This document shows positions 1 through 13,200 of a stretch of 32,250 nt of DNA, one piece after another. The stretch lies in the NCBI GenBank assembly GCA_001642005.1, contig LWCA01000324.1:1-32250 (forward strand), read 5' to 3'. The notes under the pieces are model-generated. The model had not been told where the DNA came from. It ran no database searches and saw nothing but the letters and a program-made list of their open reading frames with translations. The DNA is from Intoshia linei. Its lineage: Eukaryota; Animalia; Orthonectida. Each line of letters starts with the position of its first letter. Position 1 is the first letter of the stretch. A program made the translations under genes and the position numbers.

Positions 1-557
1 TTCTTATCAACGTACATAAGTAGAAGTATTACAAATACCCAGTAAAATATGATTAGGGCAAATGGAAAAAAAGTATTAATAAAGTTTATAAGAGGAATAA
101 ATGCTCAAGAATACCAGAGAATCCTTATAAAAGCAAACGAATAAAAATTTTGGATGGACTGAAGAAACATCAAGATTGTGAACCGTGTTAAACACCAAAG
201 ACAACCCGTCTATTTATAAAGGTAATTGTATAAAAAAATTAAAAGATTGACCGGTACAAAGTTCAGATTTAAACATTATTGAAGACGTGAAAAATTTGAA
301 AGATACGGTTTATAAGCTACATCCAATCAACTTAGAAGAACTATGGAGATATATACACGACGAATGGGACTGCGTACCTCTAAAAACTATTTAAGGGTTT
401 TATGCCTCATTGCCCAGAAGAATTGTATCAGTGATTAAAAATAAAGGATGGAATACTAATTATTAGTAATTTTATACATATTTATTTAATATTTTCATTT
501 AATTAACATAATTAATTGTATTATTTTATAGGTGCCTAAGACTTATGTCGGGCACTG
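1..557 (+). mobile_element. Decayed Tc1/mariner DNA transposon, 3' part (transposase pseudogene plus right TIR)
   Basis: Degenerate motifs HQDCEPC* (168-191, cf. QQDNAPCH) and D*PVQSSDLNIIE (245-283, cf. WPxQSPDLNPIE). C-terminus LEELWRYIHDEWD...SLPRRIVSVIKNKGWNTNY* (stop 464-466) is typical of Tc1. Has in-frame stops and a frameshift. Ends in GGTGCCTAAGACTTATGTCGGGCACTG (reverse complement starts CAGTG) followed by TA at 558-559. Confidence 0.85.
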
Positions 558-676
558 TACATTGTATTGTACTTTTGTATATTTTTCTGTACTATTGTAC
601 GTTGTACAATGTACTATTATTTATTCGTATACTACATTATTACTGTATTTTGTTAGTAATTTTTTTATATTTTTAG

Positions 677-1266
677 GGTAATTCCGCATTGCATTATACA
701 ATTCATTCCAATTCTCTTGAACTCAGTGAAATATTACTAAGCCAACCTTATATAGACGTTTCTTGTGTTAACAATGAAGGATTTACACCTTTAATGATAT
801 CATGTTCAAATATATTCATTTTCTCAAAATTGGAAACATGGTTTGAAAAACTTTGTTCTCCAATTTCAATTAATTATAAACACGAGGTACGTTAAAATGA
901 CGATTAAAATTTTAATTGTAATTTTTAGAATGGTAAAACAGCGTTGCATTATGCCATAAAATCAGGCAATGCAGATATTGTAAAAATATTATTAAAATGC
1001 AACGCCAATATTCACATTCCAGACAATAAAAACGAAAAAGCCTTACATAAAGCCATTAAATATTGTGATATCCCATGCTTAAAACTATTATTATCACATA
1101 AATCTATGCGATTGCATCATATTGTAAAACATTTAATGATAATTTTTAATTTTATAAAATTTAGCAGGAAATTGTAAACTCCAGCAATATAGTCAATTAC
1201 AGAATAAAAGAAATCCCCAAATTGATAAATATGACAATTAAAAGACTGCAAAGTCAATGTAAATAA
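677..1266 (+). CDS. Ankyrin-repeat protein, last three exons (5' part not found in window)
   Basis: Exons 677-886, 929-1123 and 1165-1266 (NAGNAG alternative acceptor at 1168), with phase-0 GT-AG introns of 42 and 41 nt. Ankyrin motifs GNSALHYTI, GFTPLMISC, GKTALHYAIKSGNADIVKILL, NEKALHKAI. Stop TAA at 1264-1266. Confidence 0.85.
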
Positions 1267-1275
1267 TGTATTTCC

Positions 1276-4200
1276 TCATTTGTAATTAATTAGTAAAATT
1301 ATTATACAGACTAGTATGGAAAAGGAAATTGTGTTACTTGAACTGACAATATTATTACATTTGTCACCTTTACAGCACAGTTCACATATCTAAATTAAAT
1401 TATTTGATTATTTTTATAAAAAAACAGGGTTGGAAACCAATGTACGTAAGTAAATTTCTTGGTGCAAAACTCATATCTGTGTACTCAAAAACTTTGCAAA
1501 AGGTGGAAATTTGTTCGGTTTTGGAGCAGATTATAATTAAGTACATGTATAAAATAAAATAATATACTTGAAGTATTTTCAATTTTTTAGTGTATTTTAA
1601 GACACCAAATCAAAAAGGTTGCCTACCCTGATATAAAGTATTCATACTTCTTTTCCTAAATTTTCATGGCAATACCATTTTTCAAAGTTGGCAAAATGAC
1701 AAAAATATTGACGACAGCTTCGTTGAATAATAACATTGTCTTTGGAACGAAATGTCTATATTTTACAGTGATGAATACATTCAAGTAAAACTTAAAATAA
1801 GGAAAATAAAACCATGCAATCCCCAATACAGCCATTGAGACCATAGGTAGCAGCGTTGTAGTAACAGTCTGATTTTTCAGTTTCATCACAAGAAAAACAA
1901 CGTTTGGGACCACACTGTTCACTGTTTTCACTTAGATGGAATGATTTTGCACACTCTGTACACATTTCTTTTTGATATTTACATAATTTACACCCTACGC
2001 CACATTCTAGAGTGTAACTTAAATAATTTTATGTTTTTGCAAACCTATACACTTGGTCTTATCTTTATTTGGAGTAAACTCTGCAATACACTCGTCGCAT
2101 CTAACGCGATCTATCCAATCTCTAGAACACAGATTACAATTATCAATTTCCGTTGAACATTCTAAATAAATATTTAATAAACTATAGAGATTTTAGGGTT
2201 ATGATATATTACTGGAGCATTGCTTTGGTTTCGTTTTTGTCATAAATGCTGAAGGTTCACATATGTTGCACAATTTCACACTTTTACAGGATTGGCAATA
2301 CTGATCGCAGACTAAGACATCAGATTACATTATTTGTATTGATAAAATGAAAAAAATTCGAGTTTTACCTGTACATTTATTTGTTGAAGAGTTATAAATC
2401 ATGTTATTTCTTAAACATTTACTACAATTATTATGTGCAGTACACTCTTTGCAGTTGTTTGGACATTCTATAAAATTTGAATAAAAATTAGCAAAACATT
2501 CCAAATTGATCTGAATTACCAGTACCATGTCCCCGTATAAAGGAACCAACCACCCGTACCCGAATGCAGAATATGAAAATAATGTATATCAATGTAATTT
2601 TAATATTTTGGCTTTAATAGTGAGTGATTTTAATTTTTTTAGAATTGTGAAGGTTTTGAAATGAATATATCGATAGAAAAAAGTTAAGATAGTAAATAGT
2701 ACATGATAAAATAGGGTTAATTAAAAAAAAATATATTTTATGTATTTTATGGCCTATTGATATTTATTATTAAAGTTTATGTACAGTTAACACGACAGTG
2801 CCATTAATGTACAATTTACATGTAGTTTAATTTATACCGTGACATTTTCCATCAAGTAAATATCGGTTCTCGTCACAAATGAGACAATGAAATAAATCTT
2901 TGCATTTAATACATTTATAGGCACATACTAGATTATTTTTGAAGTTTATATATTGGAAATAAACCTCCACATTCATTGACTATATTGTCATACCACATGT
3001 CTTTTGATACACAATCTGTGCAAGTGACATTTGAAGCACAAGTTCCGCAAAAATTCGGGCAAGCTAGAATATATTATACATTATTGTATTTAATATATCG
3101 ATACGGCCTAAAGTGCGCTCTTCATAAATTTGTAATATGAATAATCATCGATCAGAAAAAAGGGAAGAACTTTTAAAAAGTGGAATGGTAATTTTAGAAA
3201 ACCGTGCCATCTTCCGGGTTTAGAGCTTGGGCAATAAATTTTCAATTATTTTTTAATTTTCACTGGTCAAGGAGATTTTCATTTCGAGGGCAGGAAAGGT
3301 CTAGTAATTTTTCTCAGCTATTTTTAGGTATTTCGGGATATGCTCTCAACTATAATTTCAAAAATAATTTTGGAATTATTTATATGGTGTATTTTTATCC
3401 AATTTAAAAAAAATATGGTAATTTATTTTACCAAACTTTTAAAAACAAATTTAGGAAATTTTCTTTTATACTTTTAAAAGCATATCACAGGACGATCGAA
3501 AAAATTTAATTTAGAAATTTGGAACAATTTAAGCAAAAAAGTTTAAAAAAAATCTAGGGATATTAACGAAATAAGTAACGTTGTAGATTAATTTAATTAA
3601 AAAAATTTAAGAAGGGATTCTAGGATAATTTTTTAAAATGGTCAAAATTTAGGGTCAATTTTTATAAAACTTAAAATGGTTTTGATGGTAATTTCTTTCA
3701 TTATATTATGAAGGGATATACATGTATTAGCATAATTTTTTAATATAATTTTAAAAGTTGTTTCGGTTATTGTTAATAATATTAACATGTAAATAACTAT
3801 TAACTAGATAATTTTTTTAATATTTGGAATATTATATATCATAATATAGGTGGTCAACTGGTGGACTTTGGAGCAGTTGTGTGCAACTTTTAAAAATTTT
3901 CTAATTAAAATAAAAAAGATCAAAAATAGATTTAAAATATTAAACCATCATCATTCATCATTACTATTATATTTATGGGTTTCAATTATAGAATTCCTAT
4001 AATTTTCATCATGTTTTCATGTAGTATTATTTATTATCTACTTGTACAAATTTTAAACGTTTTTATAGTAAAAATTAAAATATCACCAGTATGAGTGTCG
4101 CTGATTTTTTCTATACTACATGTATATGTAAATATATAATACATATGTGTATCTGCAGAGTTATTAAAAAAATTTAGGATGATTGCATAGTATTAAAGTT

Positions 4201-7200
4201 TTTGGGGCTCTCCAAAATATTGAAGTGTGACATTATTGAAATTTATGAGAGGTGAATCACCGTGGATTCATCATATGCGGGGTTCTAGTCGAAAACAGTT
4301 CACCATCTTTTGACTAATACAGTGATGGCAACCAAATCAAATGTGATGTGTTAATTTTGAGATTATATTCTATATATATATATATCTCATATATATATCG
4401 ATTATACTCTAATATTAAATTATCTTATGGTGTATGTTTTAATCAAAAAAATTGTTACTCAGCTCTCCAATTGAAACAAAAGCTAGATTTTTTATCTATA
4501 TGAGTGAAAATGATTAACATTTTACAGCAAGTTTTTCAATAATACGTAACTGAATCTTGTATTCTCATCAAATCTAATTCTTTTATGATTTTTTTAACAT
4601 GTATAACTTTTGGAGTATTAAAAAATACCTCAAGTGTATATTTTTAACACGAAAACATATTTTGCCATCACTGGACAAATTTGATAATATGATAATTATA
4701 CGTTTGCATTTTCCACTTTCCAAAAAATAGGAGGATTTGCAACTATTACAAGTGTAAAGGTCATAACATGATTCGCATTCTGGAGGACAAGCTAAATAAT
4801 ATCTATATGATTTAATATTTTTAGCAGAATACGTGCACATGTTTTTAGTGTATATTTATCATTGCAATATAGGCAAGTAACGGTTGTCGGGTTTATATTG
4901 TTAATTTGACAAATATTGCAATTTCCGATGGTATCTTAAATTAATTAAAAAATATATAAAATAATTGGTTGGCTACTGTGGCAACGTAATATATATTGTC
5001 TATAAATAGCTGACATGAAAGGGTTAATAAATAGTGTATGCGATAACCAATTATATAATGCTCTATGTCATTGAGATCAGCATTAAATTATCTACAAAAT
5101 GATATCATTTATGAGTGTTGAATGGTGTTATAAGTATACATTTTTTCATTTAAAGAAATAAAAAACTAGGATGAATTATATATACATATTATTAATCCAT
5201 ACATTATTATAATAATCTCTAAAAATGATTTTAAATGTACTTGAACATTGATTATGTTGATTTAAACAATACGATTCAAAACATTTGGAACATTGCGTGA
5301 TAGATTCACATTCTTCGCATCCAATCGAACATTCTAATATGTGTAATGTATATTATTGGAATTTGAAGTAAAATTTTTATTTTAAAATAAATTATGAAAT
5401 TATATCTATATAAATTTTCAAATTACCATCACAAGTAAATGGTGCTTTTAGCTCATTTTTAAAATGACCCCTTTGACATTGTATACATCGATTCTTTGTA
5501 TCACATTCTAAGCAATTTTCTATACAAGCTAAAAAATACATGTTTACACGACAATCATTATAGATTTTACATAGGCATCTTCCTGAAGCAATATCCTCAA
5601 ACCTTTGGTCCTCACATTTATTACACGTATTTCCATTATCGCACAAGAGACAATTCATTGGGCATTCTATGAATCAAATTTATAATGAAATAAATAATTT
5701 TGAAGTCACAGATAAATAGTTGTGTGAAATAATGAATAAAGAAAAAAAATTAAAATTAATTATTATTATTTTTTTCATTAGTATGCAATTAAGATCATTA
5801 CGATACCAATATTATGTGTATTAATTGACTAATTAAAATTTGATAGGCCATAAAGTAACAAAAATGCTATGATGTCATTTTTTCCCTAAATCACAATAAT
5901 TTAGGGGTTTTTTCAGTTAATAAAATTATTAATTTTTTGACCCTAGCTGTCTAGTGGACTAAATTATATAATAAAAAAATTTATTAACTTTTGTTATTTT
6001 AATTGGATAATTTTTTGTTATTTATTACAGAGTTGCCAGACAATAGGAATTTATCCAAAGCCTAGATGATCGCTACATTATAATTTCAAAAATCCCACTT
6101 TTATCTCACCATTAATAAAATTTAATAAAAAATACCATTTCAAACCCTTAGCAAAAAATAAACTTTTACCAAATCTTCTGAAAAAAACCCCCTCAAGTAA
6201 ACTACAAAATAAAAAATCCAATTTTACCAACGCTTAAGGGAAAAATCCCAATTTTCCCATATTTTTTTGTAAAACACGATTTTACCAAATCCTATGAGAA
6301 AAAACATTTAATTTTTGTTGTTTTTGTTGTTTCCTTTGGAGTGCAAAAATAGTTTTTAAAAAACTCAGGGAAAAACAGAATTGTACCTATGGAAAAAGGG
6401 GAAAATCCACTTTTTTCAATATTTTTTTCAAAAATCCGATTTTACTAAATCTGATGAACAACAGCTTTTTAATCCAAATTCCAAAATAAAACATCAAATT
6501 TTACCAAACGTTTATGGAAAATTCCCATTTTTGCAACATTTTTTTGTAAAACACGATTTTACCAAATCATATGAGAAAAAACATTTAATTTTTGAACCTC
6601 AGGTTAGAATGTGACACTTTACAATAAGTCACTCGATTTTTAATTAATATGGATTGGGGAAGCAAAAAAAATTCAATACTTTTTTCACGACGGACCGGTA
6701 ATAAATTAAAACATTTATCGATGACCACATAACCGATATTAATAGGCAACATTATAAAAAATTCGATAAAAAACGTAAAAAATTGACTTTTAATTAGTAA
6801 ATTAATTTTTTCAAAATTATTTCGCAGACCGATAAAATTTTTCTCCGATCAGTATTGATCCGCGCACCGGCATTTGGGAAACGCTGCATTAAGTAACAAA
6901 ATTTTTTGCATTAAAGGTTAAATATAATTTACCAAGACATTCTTTCCTTGAATTTAAGGTATTAAAATAATACCCATCATCACAAAGTAGACAATTTGTA
7001 TCAGTATCACATCTTTTACATTTTTTCATGCAATCTAAAAATATCTCATATTAAGAATTATGCCTTATATGGTACAGAGTCGTTGATAAGAAGTAAAACC
7101 ATTTTCTAAAAGGGTGTTATTCATATTATCCTTTTGTATACCTTGGTCCTGTTAAAACAATATGCTTCCAAAAATAATGGTGACATAATTGCGTCAACAT

Positions 7201-10200
7201 CATTGTACAGATATTTAAAAGCACAGAAATTAATTATCAAATTTATAGGAAAAAGAATAATTACATCGTTAATTGTCGAATAATAATTTAAATAAAATCA
7301 AAAATAGAAAAAATACATAAAATTGTAAATGCTGTCGACTTTTTACACATTTATATCACATAAATTATTGATTGTTTCTTCTCAAAAATTTAAAAACTCA
7401 AAAAAATTAGTAGAATTTCAATTAAATTTCAACGAGTTCTGCATAATAAACAATGTATAATATACATTGTATAATATATATATATATATGTATATGCATT
7501 ATCAATTAAAAAACCTATGCATTGCCCTGCAGTGTCAGTAAATTTTTGTAAATATTTTCCATCCACACAAAGAGTACAAACTGATATGTCAGAACATTCC
7601 AAGCAATCTGGAATACATTCTAAATAAATTAATGAAAATTTTCTAGTAAAATTAAATTATAGGCCTTTTAATGATTTATAACAGTTGATCCCACTTTCAA
7701 TTTTTTTAAATGAGCCTTTAAAATAAATACAAAACTTATTTTTGGTACATAATGTATTGAGGAAGTTTATGATAATATACCCTAACACGGTATGTATGGT
7801 TAAATCGTGCCCACCCGAACAAGTGACTGTTGAGTTTATCAGAATTCTGGAGGGGATTTATTAATTAAATTTGCAAATTTCAGTAATAATCATAACAAAC
7901 CTGCACAAAAATTTTTTTGGTCATCCCAATAGACGCTTGCAGTTGTTATCATTGGCCCACATGTGTCGCACATACGCCAAGTGTATAATGTATCCAAAGT
8001 CCAATTTTCACATTCTATTCAAAATTATTAGTGTTTCATGGTTAATTTAAAGAAATTTGTAGAATAATTAACGACTAAATATAGACCGAACCTGTCGTAC
8101 TAGAAACCCCTCTTAAGGAGGGTTTAGCGAGCTTAGACTCGTAATATTTTAGTAAATGGGGTATGATTTTTCCAAAATGTGCATTAAAAAAATATTTTTG
8201 AATATCCTAACTATATTAAAAATGCATTTTTATGTTAAATTTAAACTGTCAAGTCCACACCCGTGAGCAAGTATGGTATATTACCATTACGCATCAATTT
8301 CTTAAATTTTAAGGCTTCGAGTATGGTAGATTGGACACGAATTAAATATGAATATTACGATGGCATAAGTTTTCATCTGTATCGAAATATTTTATTGTCA
8401 AATCAATTGAACATTGTGTGCAATCATCAAAATTTTCTGAATAGCATACTAAATATTATATTATATTAATAATTTAATATTGTGTGTAATTATTTTCATG
8501 AAAAAATGTACAAATGTATTACAGACACAAGCATCTTGATTATGTGACCAGACATGGTATTCTAAACATTGGTCGCAAGAAGTTAAATTTACACATTTTG
8601 TACAATTGTCGGCACAAGCTAAAATTTATGTTTTTAAATTAAAATCAACCTTTACTTACATTGTATTATCTACAATGTCAGTGTGTTATCGTTAATTTAA
8701 AAAATTAACAGTCCTAGAATTTACAAAAACCCAATTTCTAATATAGTTTTTCGGTGGTCATGTTTTTATCTATTTGTTTTTTGTTTTTGAGTCATTCAAG
8801 ATAGCAAACCCAATTTGGCCATTTTTTTAAAATAAAATCAACCAAAAATTTAAAAAAATATAAATTATGGGACGTTTTAAAATTATTAACGTTGTCTCAG
8901 CCTTAGAAACATACATCTTCATAAGCAAAGCAAAACCCCAAATTACCCTTGGTTTTAAAAATGAAAAAAGTGCTACAATTTTATAAATATAAATAAAAAA
9001 ATGCATTAAAAAATTAAAATAGTCCTAGAATTTTTAGAAAAAATACAGATGGGACAGTATATCCAGTTAACATATACAAAAATTTTTAATTTCACAAAGT
9101 CACGCCTTCACGGTCAAAAAAACCTTTAGTTTTTTTATTTATATGGTAACTATTTTATTAAAACAAAAAATATTAAATATCTAAGTCCTAGACAAAAAAA
9201 ATATTATTCTGATATAGCTTATTCCACTTAATCTAGATACAAAATTTCAACCTCAGAAATCTACGATATAGTTTATAGTAGAATTTGTAAAATATTATTT
9301 AATTTATTTTTTTAATAGAATTAAAAAAGTCGGCCCTTGGCAGAGCTAGCTGCTGTTTGTACAAAGTACATAACAGTAAAGCTAGCTCTAAATAAATCAA
9401 TATTTTTTATATTGAAATTACCCTCACAAACGGAGACGTTCCAAAAAAAATTATCGCAAGCGTTACAGTTTGTTTCGTCAGCTGTTTCATTACATATAGC
9501 AGCTACAGGTGTAGAAAAATAAATAAAATAAAAACTTTTACCTATACACGTCCACGTTTTTCGCTCAAAAATATAATTATCTTTACATTCCGCACCGTCA
9601 GCATTGCAATTTATACTGTTTGCAGTACACACTACATTACTATTAATAATGTATTTTATTTTATTATTTTTTATTATAGATATTCTCAATTTGAATCCAC
9701 CATTAGCAGTATTTATATGTTTTTTTGAATAAAATTTCAATGGTTTGGGTACTTTCTGTTAAACTTTAAAACTTGATTTTAAAAGGTGTAATATATTGAT
9801 TAAATGACAGGCTATGTTTTTAAAAAATAAACGACCTATAACCCTTGAAAAAATTGACTATAAATTAAATTTTTTAATTATTAAAACAATGACGAGATCG
9901 TTAGAAGGTTTTGTTATCAATTGAAAATATATATTCTTATACAATATTTTTACCATAGCAAGTATTAGAAATTGGTTTAAAAAACATATCACATCCCAGG
10001 CATTTATCTTCAGTATTCAGTGGTTGAATTGAGCAAACGAGAACTAAATATTTATAAGAAATTATTTATGTACATTGTACATTATGTAAATTTATATTTA
10101 TTTTTAATTTCATTATATTTTTATTGATTTACCAGTACAATAATCTACTTCCCAAACCAAACCCAAGCATGAATTGCATTCATCAGGAACTTCAATTAAA

Positions 10201-13200
10201 CCAGGATTTTGACAATTCGAATCTAAGGGGATATTAACTTTTAAAATACGATTAGTACTCTTAGACAATTCTGCACCAGGGTTGTAATGGATACCCGTTT
10301 TCAATGTAGCACAATATTCTGTGGCACTTTTACGAACCATTGTATTTCCAATATCATTCAAATAACTAACATTGCATTCCATTTCTAATAATATTTTATA
10401 ATGATATTTTTAATTCCAAAACATCTACCGACCTAGTTACTCTTATAATAATTTCGACACGGGCAATGGCCCGCTAAATTAAAATTAACGTTCAAGTTTT
10501 TTAAATGTCAGAGAAAATAAATGGTAAACATTTTTAATACCACATGGTGTTCCGCAAACAGTGGACATTTAGTGGATTGAATTTACCTATGCAAACATTG
10601 GCTGGTCGAAACAAACGAGTCATGCAATTGCAATGATTTGCATTAGAATAAACATTACAGTGATACGTTTCGCTAAAATAGCATTCATCGCCGTTCCAAT
10701 AATGGCTACCCAAAATTCTACTGACTATTTCGTTCACACTACAAAATCCCATAATATCTTGGTAGTTTAATTCGAAAAACGCTAAAAATATTTTTTTTAA
10801 ATTGAATAATAATAATAATAATTATTACATGTTCCAGGATTTAAAACCAACCCATAGCATCCATCTATATAATAATTTCCTCCAAATGTGCAAGGCAGTG
10901 CTATTTTAGTAAAATAAAAAAGCATTAAAATAGTATAAAAATGACTATGCCGTATAATGGTTTCCTGTACCAATCGGACCCAAGCTAAAATTGAGCCAAT
11001 TTTATCATTAGGTTTTTTTTGTATATTATTATTTATATTCCACCAAATTTTGATTCCGTCTGATGATATATTTTGAACCCAATTTTCTAATTTCAATTTT
11101 CAATCTCAATTCAATTTTCAATTTTTCAATCGGAACGTAGATTTAAAAAAATCAAAATGTTTTTAAATGGTAAGGTTAACAAGTAAATGATTTTTAATTT
11201 TTTTGGTAACAGTTCAACTTTTCCTCGGTTCTGATTGTTATAATGTGAATGAAGTAATAAATATTGTTGAAATTTTTATAATCCTATGTTTTTATAATAT
11301 TCTGGATAATAGACTCATAAATTACTATAAGAGTTTCAGATCACAATGTCAACACCCCGATTAGGCTATTTCACATTTTGAACAATGCTGTTATTTGTAA
11401 CAACTTTAGGTTACATGTTGTCTAGTCTGTGTCAAGAACACCTATTACCGGAGGAAAATGACATTAAATAATTACTAAATTTTATCAAAATATAATTACC
11501 TGCTATAACTGGTCCAGGTAGGATATATTCTTTTCCATAACAAAATTTGCATCTGTATTCCTGAATACATTATTATTAACTTTAAAAAGAATAATTAATA
11601 TTATTAAACGTTACGTCATTTTCTATATCCGTTGCTCCATCGCAGTTCACTAAATTATGTCATATTAAAGATATAAATTGTACATAAGCTACCTGCAACA
11701 CATGATGTACCATCCCATCTATGACCTTCACACATATCACAAATATTTTCGATGGTTTGTCCGGTATGACAATTCGCGTCTATTTAGAAATTACTTGATA
11801 TTATTAATGGAAGACAATAAAAATAATAAAATACAATAACAAATAAATAAATGTATTACTGTAATCATATATAACCCGACATTGGTTAAAATTTACATCC
11901 CAGTAAAATCCCAACCTTCTGCATCCGTAACACAGATTGTAGTACCTTGTTCCTAGAATGATGTCAACATTGTAACAGTTTACAACTATTATTCATTATA
12001 AATCGAAAATATAAATTAGATACTTAAACATTTTCTTCTTGTAGTATCCCAATATCTATTATTACACGCATTACATTTGTATTCTTGGTCTATTCTTATT
12101 TGATCATCACAATCCAATGCTTTAATTCAAATTAAATTCACATTACATGTATTAATGTCACTATAGATATTTTCATTTGATATGCTCATTTTTTTTATTT
12201 TGAAAAAACCCTAAACCCGTAAAATGACTGCGAAGTGTGACCATGGCAATTGAAAACTTTTATATAAAAAATATATACGTTGGCATTTTAAATTGTATGG
12301 GTCCCAGTAATGTGCGCAATGGATTGAAGACTCTGGATTCCAATCAGCATTATTGCAATCTATAATTACAATTTAATTTATAATTCAAAATATTGTTGTA
12401 ATTACCAACTACTTCTTCGCAAATATCATCACCAGGAAGGTTCATATATCTATTCTCGCATCTTTCACATTTTTCCGAACTCAAACGTTCTACATTGACG
12501 CCTGAATATATACATCCCTCTGTATCTTTTAGAACTATTAAAATAAAAACATTACATTTATATACATAATATGTATACAATATTATATTATTATATTATA
12601 TTATAATTGAACCTTACAGTTTGGTTAAAAAAAATCTTAAAAATCCCTCTTGAATGTTTACAAATGAAATAAAATGTTGTTGTAAATACAAAATGAGTTT
12701 GAGAAGCCCTATAGTGCAGAACACCCTAATATACATTATGTATTAACAATATACAATACGTTTATCAGGGCGGATCCAAGAGGCTAGTTAATGGGTGCGA
12801 GCCAAACGAGCAATATATTTAACTTCGCCGAAGCCGAAAAAAATTTTAGGGGCATCTCATTTAATTTCATTTAAAGGTTGTTATACAATAGTTTCCAAAT
12901 TTGTATTTTTTCGCAAAAGTAAAAAAATCATCAGCACAAAAAATTAGAGAAATTAATTTTGTTCATTAAATAATCCTAAATCAATTTGGTCCAGTCTTCT
13001 TGGATGAAGTATTGCAAATTCATTAACCAAACTTGCAATATCAAAATTATAGTCATAGTGGCAATTCATGAGGGCCAGTCCACATAACAAAAGGCTTCAA
13101 GTCACATGATCAATGGTTCATGTAATGACATTATGTAATGTTATGTACCATCTATATTGTTTTAATAAATTCAAACTTTTTTCAGTTATTTTACAAAACA

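Noticed and set aside
1259-1345. Extra ankyrin exon giving a SOCS-box-like tail (LKLLYRLVWKRKLCYLN*)
   Set aside because: It would overlap the well-supported antisense GPI-signal exon, the motif match is poor, and a simple stop exists at 1264-1266.
1400-2156. Track ORFs 1400-1582, 1656-1931 and 1941-2156
   Set aside because: Intronic, wrong-frame or antisense shadows of the LU-domain and repeat exons.
4370-4400. (TA)n tracts here and near 7475-7490
   Set aside because: Ordinary microsatellites in AT-rich introns.
6220-6594. CRISPR-like repeat array
   Set aside because: Eukaryotic context, only 2-3 long degenerate AT-rich units, and no repeat-spacer regularity.
7050-7230. Possible additional Cys-repeat exon (…ENGFTSYQRLCT)
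   Set aside because: No in-phase acceptor/donor pair, too few cysteines and in-frame stops.
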